From a virus, in IMG/VR virus record IMGVR_UViG_3300027896_005002, positions 187,488 through 251,487 of that record: DNA of 64,000 nucleotides; one strand, written 5' to 3'. Of this stretch, positions 46,201-54,865 are shown one piece after another. Numbering within the stretch: position 1 is the first letter of the stretch; each line of letters opens with the position of its first letter. A model generated the notes under the pieces. That model was not told the DNA's origin. It searched no databases and worked only from the letters and a program-made list of their open reading frames with translations. The translations under genes were made by a program, and so were the position numbers.

Positions 46201-46849
46201 ATTCATCAAATTGTTGTACAGTTAAATGATTTTTTAATTTGTCAACATACCCATCATCAGTTCCTTTAACCATACATTCTGAAACTGTGTCCCATAATTT
46301 TGCATAGGATAAAACACCTGGATGTCTAATTCCAGTGCCTTTGATTACTGCATTTCGAGGTCTAATAAAACCTAAATTTATTCCATAACCGCCTTCAGAA
46401 GCCAGTGTTTTGGCTTGTTCCATTATTGTCAAGAAAATATTTGTGAGATCATCTGGATTATCATCTGTTTCAATATCAACATCATAAATTACAGATTTAT
46501 CTTCAGTTTGTCGTTTATATTTTATTGATGCACCAGAAACAGGTCCATTAATAAAACAATTCATTAATGTAGCATTTTTATAATCTGTTCCTAAATTGGC
46601 AGTTATTCTACCACCTAAAGTCACTTTAAGACCCATAGGTTCTTTATTAGGATAACCATTATCATCAACATCGAAATCGCCATCAAATTTTAGTAGAGTT
46701 TGTAAAAAGGGCTTGTACCATTTTTGGGGATCTTTTTCAACAGATGCAAGAGTTTTTGCACATCTTATAAAAGTTTCAAGTTCTGATTCATTTTTATACT
46801 GATACTTCTTCTCCCAATTCTCTTTTGCAAGTGATGTTTTGAAAATCAT
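43262..46849 (-). CDS. Ribonucleotide reductase catalytic subunit interrupted by an intein; C-terminal Cys-rich zinc-ribbon tail (class II NrdJ-like or class I large subunit)
   Basis: Active-site NPC|CGEI split by a 334-aa insert; GGYGINLGFIRP-type RNR motifs; C-terminal CEACGAENSV...CYKCLQCGDSRCG; no small-subunit gene seen in the window. Confidence 0.75.
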   Translation of the reverse strand: MIFKTSLAKENWEKKYQYKNESELETFIRCAKTLASVEKDPQKWYKPFLQTLLKFDGDFDVDDNGYPNKEPMGLKVTLGGRITANLGTDYKNATLMNCFINGPVSGASIKYKRQTEDKSVIYDVDIETDDNPDDLTNIFLTIMEQAKTLASEGGYGINLGFIRPRNAVIKGTGIRHPGVLSYAKLWDTVSECMVKGTDDGYVDKLKNHLTVQQFDELKNIMKRQTRKGAMMGVLPCHHPDIEEFIRVKQSSGVLTKFNLSVLIDDKFMEAVVADDLYDLHFKGKVYKRIKARELYDLIMQSTYNRAEPGVLFVDNMHRNNPLAYLGKCDTTNPCVIGSSIAAVADGRNGVTFKQLAEEAKDVPVYSRNFSTGAVEIKMGRNPRKTGEKKEVWKLTLDDNSYFIATPDHKICSSKGTEINLKDLIPGDSIVPFDSYISYGHTTYRQIAQSSKLKKSSGLCLSRRQYRLIYEFYYPNDLIDSKLHRIHHDDFNHYNDRPENLKKMTVEEHDMVHDISGKKNPMYDFPKRIKDPERYHKNMSEAVSGLKNGRAAKISNEDYFNKIIEIIKNFKIKYKKSPCKREIIQRLKTNKLPTFSKYRLENLNYATMSKMFKAAERIAEANHKVKSIEFYGYEDVYNITVDDNHNYAVITSFDDDRYLQSSGIFVKNCGEIGGLSSITTVCLLGSLNITQYIYIDKDGKPQFDIDQYAYDIGIFARMLDNVNDLTNLPLPSYEYVVRNFRQFGMGINGLGSALFMLGMSYNSKEAIKFTKKICELKENLVWQASALLAKEKGTFTAYNTEKFQNTEYFLSDRLWNKTKELIIQHGVRNAKTTTNPPLGNSSIVCNNVSNAIEPVFSLEYERIVICGLWPEGLSDDNVKDVLKYHKKKDFEYWRGSYNGKIYYYEPHNRGLCEVNIVRDYGYQWLLDNFPDKDHSAYLVTTKDLKTEDHLNIQEVVQYYCNQSVSKTCNVPHDFPFENFKQLYIDAWKRGLNGFTTYRDGCMESVISSLEEANKEQKIIKRDIKLPEVFLNGPTRIIKREGQKFYIHFSFLPEDTDMKYPICLWIYSNSREIGQVKVCNKASRKLAQLAIEKGVDNSIIQQCIDKAKVDYSYNRLGRMISLCLRHNIKREDILIALRNIEGDNISSLLTAVRKFISLTIKDGTVISMKCEACGAENSVIMEGGCYKCLQCGDSRCG
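44849..45850 (-). mobile_element. Intein (334 aa) with HNH homing-endonuclease motif inserted at the RNR active-site NPC/CGEI junction
   Basis: Starts at Cys (CVIGSS), ends ...IFVKN followed by +1 Cys of CGEI; internal HRIHHDDFNHYNDRPENL...HDMVHD HNH motif; codon boundaries checked against the DNA. Confidence 0.7.
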
Positions 46850-46942
46850 AGTTACTAATTTATCTCCATTTACAAAGAGGTATTAATTTTTTCCAACCCA
46901 TAACTATATGAATAAATAAATAAAATTTTAATAGTTTGTAAA

Positions 46943-47368
46943 CTAAGTTTTATCATTTTCCTTTAATCTCATTACCAGAAGCATGTCAATTTGTTCTAAT
47001 ATATATCTATATCTACGCGTTATGTCTTCCCATGACTGTCCTCGTTGTGATGTAGATTGGTCGAATCGTTTTCTGATACGTTCCTTTAACCATAATAATG
47101 AGTCAGATCCATCATGCATTTGCAATTTGCTCTCATACAAGATTCCCAAAAATTTCAGCACTTCATCCTGTGATATTTTTGTGATTTGCAAATCTTTTGT
47201 ACCTAAAATTTTGTTAAGTAACCAATTAGTATTAATTTCACTTGAGGCATATCTTGCTTTTATACCACTTGTAAATAAAGGAATGGGAGCTTCAGGATTA
47301 AAAATTTCTTTCATGATAAATTTATTGGCAAAATTTATCAATTGAATTACGTTTAAAACTTGAGGCAA
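46943..47368 (-). CDS. Hypothetical protein, 141 aa
   Basis: ORF only. Confidence 0.4.
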   Translation of the reverse strand: MPQVLNVIQLINFANKFIMKEIFNPEAPIPLFTSGIKARYASSEINTNWLLNKILGTKDLQITKISQDEVLKFLGILYESKLQMHDGSDSLLWLKERIRKRFDQSTSQRGQSWEDITRRYRYILEQIDMLLVMRLKENDKT

Positions 47369-47610
47369 ATTTTGGCAGTCACTTTTTCAAATAACTTATC
47401 AATTTCTGTAGCATTCTTTTTTGGCGGCTCATAACAACTATCATTTAAAGCTTTAACACAAATATCGGCAATTTTTTTTGAAAAACACATACCAACAAAT
47501 TTGGTACATCGTCGACGTTTACTATCAAAATATTCAAAAGCTATTGGATATTCTTTTTCTTTTGATTCAAAAGTCTTATAAGACATAATTATATTCTTTC
47601 TACAACACAA
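47353..47610 (-). CDS. Hypothetical Cys-containing small protein, 85 aa
   Basis: ORF overlapping both neighbours. Confidence 0.3.
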   Translation of the reverse strand: MCCRKNIIMSYKTFESKEKEYPIAFEYFDSKRRRCTKFVGMCFSKKIADICVKALNDSCYEPPKKNATEIDKLFEKVTAKICLKF

Positions 47611-47855
47611 ACCTTGCGAAAAATACCTTTATAATCAAGACGAGTACGTATTGGCTGTTGCATTGCTCTTGCAAGTTTCATTCGACCTGCTGATGTTTTT
47701 AAAAGATCACCAATTATTTTTTCTTTTTCAGCAGCTGTTAATATTTTTGATTTTGTTGGTTTAAAAAGTGATGGAGCGACTGCAACTGCTACCGTACCAT
47801 AAATAGCAAATCTTAAAAAACTTCGACGACTAATCTTCTTATCATTCATAAACAA
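47589..47855 (-). CDS. Small protein with twin-arginine (Tat) signal peptide
   Basis: SRRSFLRFAIYGTVAVAVAPS matches the S/T-R-R-x-F-L-K Tat consensus followed by an h-region and AxA-like site. Confidence 0.45.
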   Translation of the reverse strand: MFMNDKKISRRSFLRFAIYGTVAVAVAPSLFKPTKSKILTAAEKEKIIGDLLKTSAGRMKLARAMQQPIRTRLDYKGIFRKVCVVERI

Positions 47856-47859
47856 TCCT

Positions 47860-48564
47860 TTAAAAATCTGTTTTTACTGGAGCAATTATCTCTTCATGTG
47901 GATCATATTGATCGGGAACTTGCTTCGTATACCTTTGACTCCAACCTTGACTAATACACCATTCAACTGCTTCTTCTAAAGAAATTACATTTGGTTTATT
48001 TCCGTCAATTATCCAATTTTTCGGTAATGAAAAACTATTAGTTTGACTTTGTAACCAAATATGAAAAGCAATTCCATATTGAATACAAACTTCTTTATTA
48101 CTATTAATTTTCCCAATACCAAGATCAGCTAACAAATTCTCAATACCATAATCCAAACCTTTACGGTGTTGACTTCGCATCCACATCTTAGCTTTAAACT
48201 GTAATTCTTCATCATCATCTAAAGCAGGACATCGAAAAACACCAACAATATGATTACCAAGATTATCTAATCCATATTCTTCTGTCAAAATAAAATTATT
48301 GTTTCCACGATTAGACGTTCCAACTGCATAAGGCCATGTCATTTCTGAACAAACAATATTACCAGACGATGTTGTCTCTTGAACTAAAATTGTATGAGAT
48401 GGTATTTTAGGATTTGCCACAGCTTCTAAACCAGCAATAAGATTCTTTTTGCGTTCAGCTTCTTCAGCACCACGAATGATTGCTGAAATAAGACTGAAAG
48501 TTTCTGTACCAAACATCCATGTTCCTGATATTGTCAAATTAGTAAAATCAAATACTGTTTTCAT
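47860..48564 (-). CDS. Hypothetical protein (possible papain-fold/NlpC-P60-like hydrolase; low confidence); start set to the internal Met MKTVFDF
   Basis: The ORF-track start overlaps the upstream gene by 78 nt; IVCSEMTWPY Cys context only weakly suggestive. Confidence 0.35.
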   Translation of the reverse strand: MKTVFDFTNLTISGTWMFGTETFSLISAIIRGAEEAERKKNLIAGLEAVANPKIPSHTILVQETTSSGNIVCSEMTWPYAVGTSNRGNNNFILTEEYGLDNLGNHIVGVFRCPALDDDEELQFKAKMWMRSQHRKGLDYGIENLLADLGIGKINSNKEVCIQYGIAFHIWLQSQTNSFSLPKNWIIDGNKPNVISLEEAVEWCISQGWSQRYTKQVPDQYDPHEEIIAPVKTDF

Positions 48565-48565
48565 A

Positions 48566-49144
48566 TTACATCCTTTTGTCACAAAAAGATTTATTTGATT
48601 CAGTACATTCTTGACATTTTGCAGGTTCTGCTTCACAAACATTTAATTCAATATCATTTGTAAATGGAATTAGCCAATTTTTACCTTTAAACCAACTCAT
48701 TAGTTGAGTCGGCGTAATTGCCCAATCTTTTGTACGTATATTCCATTCTTGAGGAATTTCAAATAATTTCGTTTCATCAGATAACCATTGTAAGTATAAA
48801 GATACAAATCGTGAACAGCAAAATTCTGAAAAATCTGATATAGCATTATAAAATTTGTACATTTCTAAAACATTAAATGGTATACTCAAAATAAAAGCCT
48901 GCTGAAGATATTGCATTATTTTATCTTGTATATCTTCAATAAATGGAGGTTTTGCTACAAATACAAAATCATTTGATGCAATTTTACTAATATCCAATTT
49001 GTTCATCTTTTGTGTCAATTCGATTCCCAATAATCCTGATTTATCTTTAATTGTTATAAAACAATGAGTCGGCACTTTAGTTATTGAATTTGTTACCCCA
49101 ACAATTATACCTACTTTTGAAAATATATCATAATCGATTATCAT
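48566..49144 (-). CDS. Hypothetical protein with C-terminal Cys cluster (CEAEPAKCQECTE...C), 192 aa
   Basis: ORF; ATGA overlap with the ruvC-like gene. Confidence 0.4.
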   Translation of the reverse strand: MIIDYDIFSKVGIIVGVTNSITKVPTHCFITIKDKSGLLGIELTQKMNKLDISKIASNDFVFVAKPPFIEDIQDKIMQYLQQAFILSIPFNVLEMYKFYNAISDFSEFCCSRFVSLYLQWLSDETKLFEIPQEWNIRTKDWAITPTQLMSWFKGKNWLIPFTNDIELNVCEAEPAKCQECTESNKSFCDKRM

Positions 49145-49878
49145 TTTTTCTCCAATTGTTTTTGATGTGCAATTGCGACACCTATCGAATCTGCTATGTC
49201 GTCATTAATTCCAGTTTCGGTATAAATATCAATGCTAATTTTATCAAAAGCATCTGATATGCCTTTTTTATCATTTTTTTTATTTGCTATTAATTTCTCC
49301 TGTAATGATTTTATTTTCTGTTCTATAATGAAAATTTCATTATTAGGTAATTTATTTTTGTTAGCTTTTTTCAACTGTTTTTTTGAATCTTTTATTTCAT
49401 GTTTAATACTATCTCCTGAATTTTGTATCATTTCTTTTGCTTCATCAATTCTCTTTTTATAAATAGAAAATTTTTCAAATGATAATTTATTATATTTTTT
49501 ACAAATTGAATTTTGAACCTCAGCTTTCTTCGAACTACCGGTACAACCATCAATTGCAGATTTCCAACGAGATGGTTCATAAAGTTCAGGTTCTTTTTGC
49601 ATACATCTATATGCCTCTATTATTGCTATCCCATTAAATCTTGCAAGCAATTTTAAAACACTTACACTTCGAACCTGGACAACATCCTCAATAGCTATTT
49701 CATCTGGTTGTTTGTCATCAATAATTTTTCTGAGTTCACCTTGAAACAAATACATTTTTTGTGCATTTGTCATAGTCTTACCAGATGGCATAATTTTTCC
49801 ATACACAAGCAATTTATTATCTTCAATTATGCTCCACCCTGTGCTACGCGACGAGATGTCTACACCCATTATTTTCAT
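49141..49878 (-). CDS. RuvC-like Holliday junction resolvase (RNase H fold) with C-terminal coiled-coil extension
   Basis: N-terminal MKIMGVDISSRSTGWSIIEDNKLLVYGKI matches RuvC (iLGIDPG.r.tGyavi); acidic residues at expected positions (D7, E64-like). Confidence 0.55.
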   Translation of the reverse strand: MKIMGVDISSRSTGWSIIEDNKLLVYGKIMPSGKTMTNAQKMYLFQGELRKIIDDKQPDEIAIEDVVQVRSVSVLKLLARFNGIAIIEAYRCMQKEPELYEPSRWKSAIDGCTGSSKKAEVQNSICKKYNKLSFEKFSIYKKRIDEAKEMIQNSGDSIKHEIKDSKKQLKKANKNKLPNNEIFIIEQKIKSLQEKLIANKKNDKKGISDAFDKISIDIYTETGINDDIADSIGVAIAHQKQLEKK

Positions 49879-50764
49879 TTAATAAACCCTTTCTTATTGC
49901 CCAAGCTCTTTTTAATGAAGCACTTCTTTTTTCAAGTGATTCTTTTGAAAATATTTGTAATCTTCTTTTTTCTTTTATTTTTGCTCTTACTTCTTCTGAT
50001 AAATGTTTACCTTTATTAAATCTAGCATGATTTTTACTTATTTTAGCTTTTGCTTCATTTGTATGATGTCTACCTTTATTAGCTAAACTTATTGCATTTT
50101 TTGTTTCCTCAGAACATTGTATACCTTTATTCCATGGTTGACCACCATTTTTCAACCATTCATTTCTTGCGTGCCTTAAACTCTCTATATGCTGTTCATT
50201 TAAAGGTTTACCAAGTTTTGAAACGCTCATTTTGTGTTTAAGTTCTTCAGATAATGGCTTTCCTTTATGAACTTCACTTAACAATGCTTTAGTTTCCATT
50301 GTCACAGGATTATTTTTATAATATTCTTTTAAAGTATTTCTTATTCGTTCTTTTGTTTCATCTGAAAGTATTGCACCTTCACCACCATCTTTTATATTAG
50401 TTAATGGTCCATCATTTGCTTTTCGACCAATTTTACTTATAATCAACTGTTCCAAATCAAAAGCTTCTTTTTCATTCAAATTCTCTTTTACTTTGATTAT
50501 AATTGGATTTTTATGTGATTCATCTTGTATTTTCAGAATTTTGTTAAGCACAAATGAATTTCTTATTCTTCTTCTTATTTTATTTAACTTATATTTTTTT
50601 GCAAGTTTTAAATGAGAAAATAGTCGTTGTTTCTTTCCTTTACCAATATAAAATGGTTCAAAATCAAATTGATATTCATTATACGTGAATTTACCGGGTT
50701 TTCTAGGATCTAAATAAGCATACACATAAAATCTTTTATCTTCAAGAAGTAATAAGTTACTCAT
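49844..50764 (-). CDS. GIY-YIG homing endonuclease with NUMOD3 DNA-binding repeats
   Basis: FYVYAYLDPRKPG...FYIGKGK (GIY-YIG), repeated NKGRHHTNEAKAKIS / NKGKHLSEEVRAKI NUMOD3-type motifs. Confidence 0.65.
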   Translation of the reverse strand: MSNLLLLEDKRFYVYAYLDPRKPGKFTYNEYQFDFEPFYIGKGKKQRLFSHLKLAKKYKLNKIRRRIRNSFVLNKILKIQDESHKNPIIIKVKENLNEKEAFDLEQLIISKIGRKANDGPLTNIKDGGEGAILSDETKERIRNTLKEYYKNNPVTMETKALLSEVHKGKPLSEELKHKMSVSKLGKPLNEQHIESLRHARNEWLKNGGQPWNKGIQCSEETKNAISLANKGRHHTNEAKAKISKNHARFNKGKHLSEEVRAKIKEKRRLQIFSKESLEKRSASLKRAWAIRKGLLNENNGCRHLVA

Positions 50765-50803
50765 TTTTATCCTTTGGTAAGTTACTCATTTTTATCCTTT
50801 GGT
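50754..50803. repeat. Perfect 25-bp tandem duplication (AAGTTACTCATTTTTATCCTTTGGT x2) spanning the RBS and start codon of the GIY-YIG gene
   Basis: Copies at 50754-50778 and 50779-50803; creates a second upstream ATG followed by the mini-uORF MSNLPKDKNE. Confidence 0.8.
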
Positions 50804-50931
50804 TTAATTTTTCTTTCTTTGTTCCAATAAGGACTATGACAGTCTGCACATACTGTAGGTTCTTTTTTTGAAAACCATTGATAAGTACATCTTTTGCATG
50901 TATATAAAGTTCGAATCTTCTTTGTATCCAT
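50782..50931 (-). CDS. Unlisted zinc-ribbon mini-ORF, 49 aa (MDTKKIRTLYTCKRCTYQWFSKKEPTVCADCHSPYW...)
   Basis: CxxC...CxxC; its 3' end lies in the duplicated 25-mer. Confidence 0.35.
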   Translation of the reverse strand: MDTKKIRTLYTCKRCTYQWFSKKEPTVCADCHSPYWNKERKIKPKDKNE

Positions 50932-51046
50932 ATTTATACTGTATTATAAAAATTGTATTACAAAATGTAAAATTAATGAAGATTTCAGTAAATAATTAAC
51001 CAGTTAGTCTTTCACATCTCTATAATTTTTTTAAAAAGGATTTTTT

Positions 51047-51544
51047 ATGACAATAGTTAATGTTATCAATTTTATTGAAGATGATTATCCTAAAGCAGAT
51101 AACCATTTTCCAAAAGAAATGCCACAAATTTTAAAACAAAAAATTAACACGTTCAAATTAATTAAAGATGTTAACAAAAAACTATTAGATTACCTTAAAA
51201 TATACTTTCAAAAAGAAGGATTTGAAGGATTTAACATTGCAGAAATAGATAGCAGTATTACAATAGATTTTTGTAAAAATATTTTTGAACTCAAAATCGA
51301 ACCTTATTCTATTAAAAATAGTATAAGACAACAACAAAATGATAATATTTTTGCTAAAATTAATGTAACTAATCAGAAACAACAGTTAGCAACTTTTATT
51401 CTTGATTATCGACCAATAAAGGCTGAAGATCATAATGTGCTAGTAATGTTTTATAATGATATTAATTTGGAACAAAATTCACCACAGTCTACATTTTTTG
51501 CCACTGAGCTTATCAATATTTTCATAAAATATTACAATAAATAA
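51047..51544 (+). CDS. Hypothetical protein, 165 aa (only plus-strand gene in this region)
   Basis: AAAAAGGATTTTTT SD-like upstream. Confidence 0.45.
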   Translation: MTIVNVINFIEDDYPKADNHFPKEMPQILKQKINTFKLIKDVNKKLLDYLKIYFQKEGFEGFNIAEIDSSITIDFCKNIFELKIEPYSIKNSIRQQQNDNIFAKINVTNQKQQLATFILDYRPIKAEDHNVLVMFYNDINLEQNSPQSTFFATELINIFIKYYNK

Positions 51545-51579
51545 AGCATTGTAATGAGAATACTCTCATTATTCTTTTT

Positions 51580-52002
51580 TTATTTCCATTTAGGTGATTT
51601 GTGATACATTGTCTCATAGTCATGAACTAAGAAATCTACAATTTTATTAGCTTCATCATTTGTGATATCTTTTATGTGCTGAGATTCTTCTTGCAATCGT
51701 TTTACTTCATCTTTAACAATCTTTATAGCATCTTGTTTGTTTTTAGATAGATAAATAGATGTAGGAATATGTTCATAATCAGGAGCATTTGTAAAAGTAT
51801 CAATTATTTCATGAATATCTTTCGACAAACCTTTATTACTTTCAGGATGTAGTTGTTTTTCTGTACCAATTATATGTTCCCAATATCTAATAGCACCTTG
51901 ATCTCTTCTTTTACGTGCTTGTTGTAGCATTTCTTCTGCATGACCTTTTTGTCGTTTAGCATTTTTTATAAATTCACACTGAATTTGTACAATATGTTTC
52001 AT
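51580..52002 (-). CDS. Divergent leader-family member (MKHIVQIQCEFIKNAKRQKG...), 140 aa
   Basis: First 17 aa match the leader consensus MKHIAQIQSEFIKEARK; the remainder diverges. Confidence 0.45.
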   Translation of the reverse strand: MKHIVQIQCEFIKNAKRQKGHAEEMLQQARKRRDQGAIRYWEHIIGTEKQLHPESNKGLSKDIHEIIDTFTNAPDYEHIPTSIYLSKNKQDAIKIVKDEVKRLQEESQHIKDITNDEANKIVDFLVHDYETMYHKSPKWK

Positions 52003-52172
52003 ATTCTCTCCTTTTGTATGTATAAAATTATAAAATTAAAAGAATATTGAAATAATCAAGTATGATTGATCGTTTAGATGAAACAGATGGTCAAAAAGTG
52101 GCAGTTATATTACTTCAAAAAAATGAGACCATTTTCAGTCTCATTTTTTTACTTTTAGTAAGAAGTTTACTT

Positions 52173-53774
52173 TTAGTAAGTTTTGCCATTTGGATATAAA
52201 TTGTGGTAGTCATTTTTGATGAATTGTTTGACAAAGTCTCGTATTAAATCACCTCTATTATAACCAAGTTCTGAAAAAAGTTTGTCGTCAGTCCAACATT
52301 TATTGGGATCCATATATGGAATTAAAGCTGTATCGTGAGTATCTATATGACCATTTACTTTTAATAAATATAGACAAAATCTTACAAAATCAGTTTGAAA
52401 ATATGTAATGTAGTTATCTCGCATTTGTTGAGTGATAAATTGTAGAATTGTTTTGCCACCAGTTTTTTTTCTTATTCCTTTTGATACGTTTACATTTTTT
52501 GGTAGTAAAGCTTTATGATAACAATGAACAATTTTTGCAAATTGAATATGATATTGTTTGGGATCAGCTTCAGAATAACTTATAAGATTATCGTCAATAC
52601 TACCATGTTCTGAGCAGTAATTTTTAATATTTTCAAAGAAATGTTTAACAAATGATGTCCAATTTATTCCAAATATAGTAACATCATCAAGAGAAGACAC
52701 CTCCCACATTTTGTCTGCTTCAAATACTTTAATTTTTGAATATTGAGAATTCATATTAATAGTTGTAATTATTGCCGGAATGCCGAATAGATCAATATCG
52801 AAAATTTCATTTGCATTAGGTAGTAATATTAAATCTGAAATATGTTTTTCAAATATGTTACGAAAAATTTTATATGTAGGATCAATTCTTTTTCGATCTA
52901 TTGCCCAAGTTGAAGGATGAACGCAAATTATTTTTTTGATGAGAGAATATTTGTGAAGGGTTAAAATAATTTTTAAATCTTTGCCACGAGTATAAGGTGG
53001 ATTTGTGAGGATAAGATCTGGTGCAGTTTTTATTTTCATTTTAATATCTTCTATAATTTTTTCTACGTTATTTTTCCAATTTTCTTTACTATAAAACCAA
53101 GATATTGTATTTGGAAAATAAGCTCGAGCAATTAATAATTTTTTTGGACTATCTGTTATAAAATATTTAGTATTACGATTTAGAAATTCAATATTAAATA
53201 AAACTAAAATATTTTTGGTATTTTTTGGTATTTTTATTTTATTACTTATTTCATTTGGTGTAAACTGTTCTTGTAAACCGTCTTTTATTATATAATTTAT
53301 ATAATATTCAATTTCTTCGTGCATATTTACATGTTTATTGTTATTTGTAAAATTTGGAATATTAGAGTGATTGTTTAGTTGAATGGGTTTAAATAGAGAT
53401 TTTATTTGTGTAAGAGTATAACCTCGAAATTTTAAAACATCAAATAATTCTGATTTTAGTTTAGACCATTCATAATTTGAAAATCTTCTTGCTCTTGCTT
53501 TTTGTTGTTTAGTACTTTTTCCTTTTAATTTAATCATTTTTTGTGCTTTTTTGTACTTGATTTTTTTTATTTCTGATTCTTCATCATTTATTATTTCATC
53601 AGTATAGATTGGATCATTGATTTGAGATGGAATTGTCATTTGTTCATGTACAGGAGGATAATGTAATGCAGTTTGTAGTTGATCAATTTCTTCGTTTTTA
53701 TTTTGAATTATTTTGCTTTGATGTCGTATTATTTTCCTAAGCGCACTTAAAGTTATAGACATTGTTTCTCCCAC
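52173..53774 (-). CDS. N6-adenine DNA methyltransferase-like protein (NPPY catalytic motif)
   Basis: APDLILTNPPYTRGKD (motif IV D/NPPY). Confidence 0.5.
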   Translation of the reverse strand: MGETMSITLSALRKIIRHQSKIIQNKNEEIDQLQTALHYPPVHEQMTIPSQINDPIYTDEIINDEESEIKKIKYKKAQKMIKLKGKSTKQQKARARRFSNYEWSKLKSELFDVLKFRGYTLTQIKSLFKPIQLNNHSNIPNFTNNNKHVNMHEEIEYYINYIIKDGLQEQFTPNEISNKIKIPKNTKNILVLFNIEFLNRNTKYFITDSPKKLLIARAYFPNTISWFYSKENWKNNVEKIIEDIKMKIKTAPDLILTNPPYTRGKDLKIILTLHKYSLIKKIICVHPSTWAIDRKRIDPTYKIFRNIFEKHISDLILLPNANEIFDIDLFGIPAIITTINMNSQYSKIKVFEADKMWEVSSLDDVTIFGINWTSFVKHFFENIKNYCSEHGSIDDNLISYSEADPKQYHIQFAKIVHCYHKALLPKNVNVSKGIRKKTGGKTILQFITQQMRDNYITYFQTDFVRFCLYLLKVNGHIDTHDTALIPYMDPNKCWTDDKLFSELGYNRGDLIRDFVKQFIKNDYHNLYPNGKTY

Positions 53775-53826
53775 CGTTAAGTTTTTTATTTATTTGTGAA
53801 GTCAAATCCCTATGCTCCTATTATTG

Positions 53827-54687
53827 TTATATTAATCTTTCAATTGTACGTTGTCCGCGACATTCACATGAATACATTTTATGACAAATAGTTCCATCTC
53901 GTGAGACTGTTAATGTTCTAAATCCAATAGCATAATTAGCTTCATTTTTTTCATTATTACCTGTTAATCTTGTTAAATCACCACAGGGCAAACAAAGACA
54001 AGGACATTTTATAAAATCAAATACACTATTCATATATTGCTTTTGATATGTTTCACCTTTATGCCAATGTCCACTAAAAATAATATTTGGTGCAATTTCT
54101 CTATTTGTTGCCTGTTTGATTAAATTACCTTCAATATTTTTTTCGGCTGAACCAGTAATTTTATGCCACGCACGGATAACATGATTGAAAATTGCAAAAT
54201 CTACTGGTTTTTGACAAAAGTTTAGATTTACTTTGAATCCTTCTCGTTCTAGAGCAGCATAACATTCACGTTCTACATCAATTACATCGGCCATAGTAAC
54301 ATGAAATCTACTACCCAAACAACCATAAAAAGTAGCCCCTTTTTTTATTGGAAGAAATTTTATTACATTAATAAATAATTTTACAAGTTCCATATTTTGA
54401 GCATTTGGATGAACAGTATTTTGTGCATTTCTTTTATGTGGAAGATCAATTAATTCTCCTAATAAAATTACTGCATCAAATTCCATATTACATTTACCAA
54501 TTTGTTCCATAAATTTGTCCCATAATTTACGGCGTATTGGATATGTTTGTTTTGAAAAATCATTGACACAACTTCCAGGATTTGGTATAATATCATCTTG
54601 CGGTGTCAACAATCCACCAATATGATTAGAATGTGAATCAGACAAAATAAGAACGTTTGCTTGATTTTGTACACTTTTCTGTTTCAT
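53827..54687 (-). CDS. Calcineurin-like metallophosphoesterase
   Basis: VLILSDSHSNH (DxH), GHWHKG (GHxH); AGGAGGAATAA SD. Confidence 0.5.
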   Translation of the reverse strand: MKQKSVQNQANVLILSDSHSNHIGGLLTPQDDIIPNPGSCVNDFSKQTYPIRRKLWDKFMEQIGKCNMEFDAVILLGELIDLPHKRNAQNTVHPNAQNMELVKLFINVIKFLPIKKGATFYGCLGSRFHVTMADVIDVERECYAALEREGFKVNLNFCQKPVDFAIFNHVIRAWHKITGSAEKNIEGNLIKQATNREIAPNIIFSGHWHKGETYQKQYMNSVFDFIKCPCLCLPCGDLTRLTGNNEKNEANYAIGFRTLTVSRDGTICHKMYSCECRGQRTIERLI

Positions 54688-54756
54688 TTATTCCTCCTAA
54701 AGTTTAATTTATGATTCCTATTAGAATTATCATGTAAAACAGCATAGCTGGCCACA

Positions 54757-54800
54757 TTAAAACGACAATACGACAAAACGAAATTTTTCGTTTTGTCGTA
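54757..54800 (-). terminator. Rho-independent terminator (19-bp perfect stem ACAATACGACAAAACGAAA/TTTCGTTTTGTCGTATTGT then CGTTTTAAT on minus strand)
   Basis: Perfect inverted repeat between the stop of the 54866-55660 gene and the SD of the 53827-54687 gene. Confidence 0.55.
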
Positions 54801-54865
54801 TTGTATTATGTTCGTCTAAATGTGGTAGTGAAAAATGATGATGGGAGTTATAAAAATATCATAGA

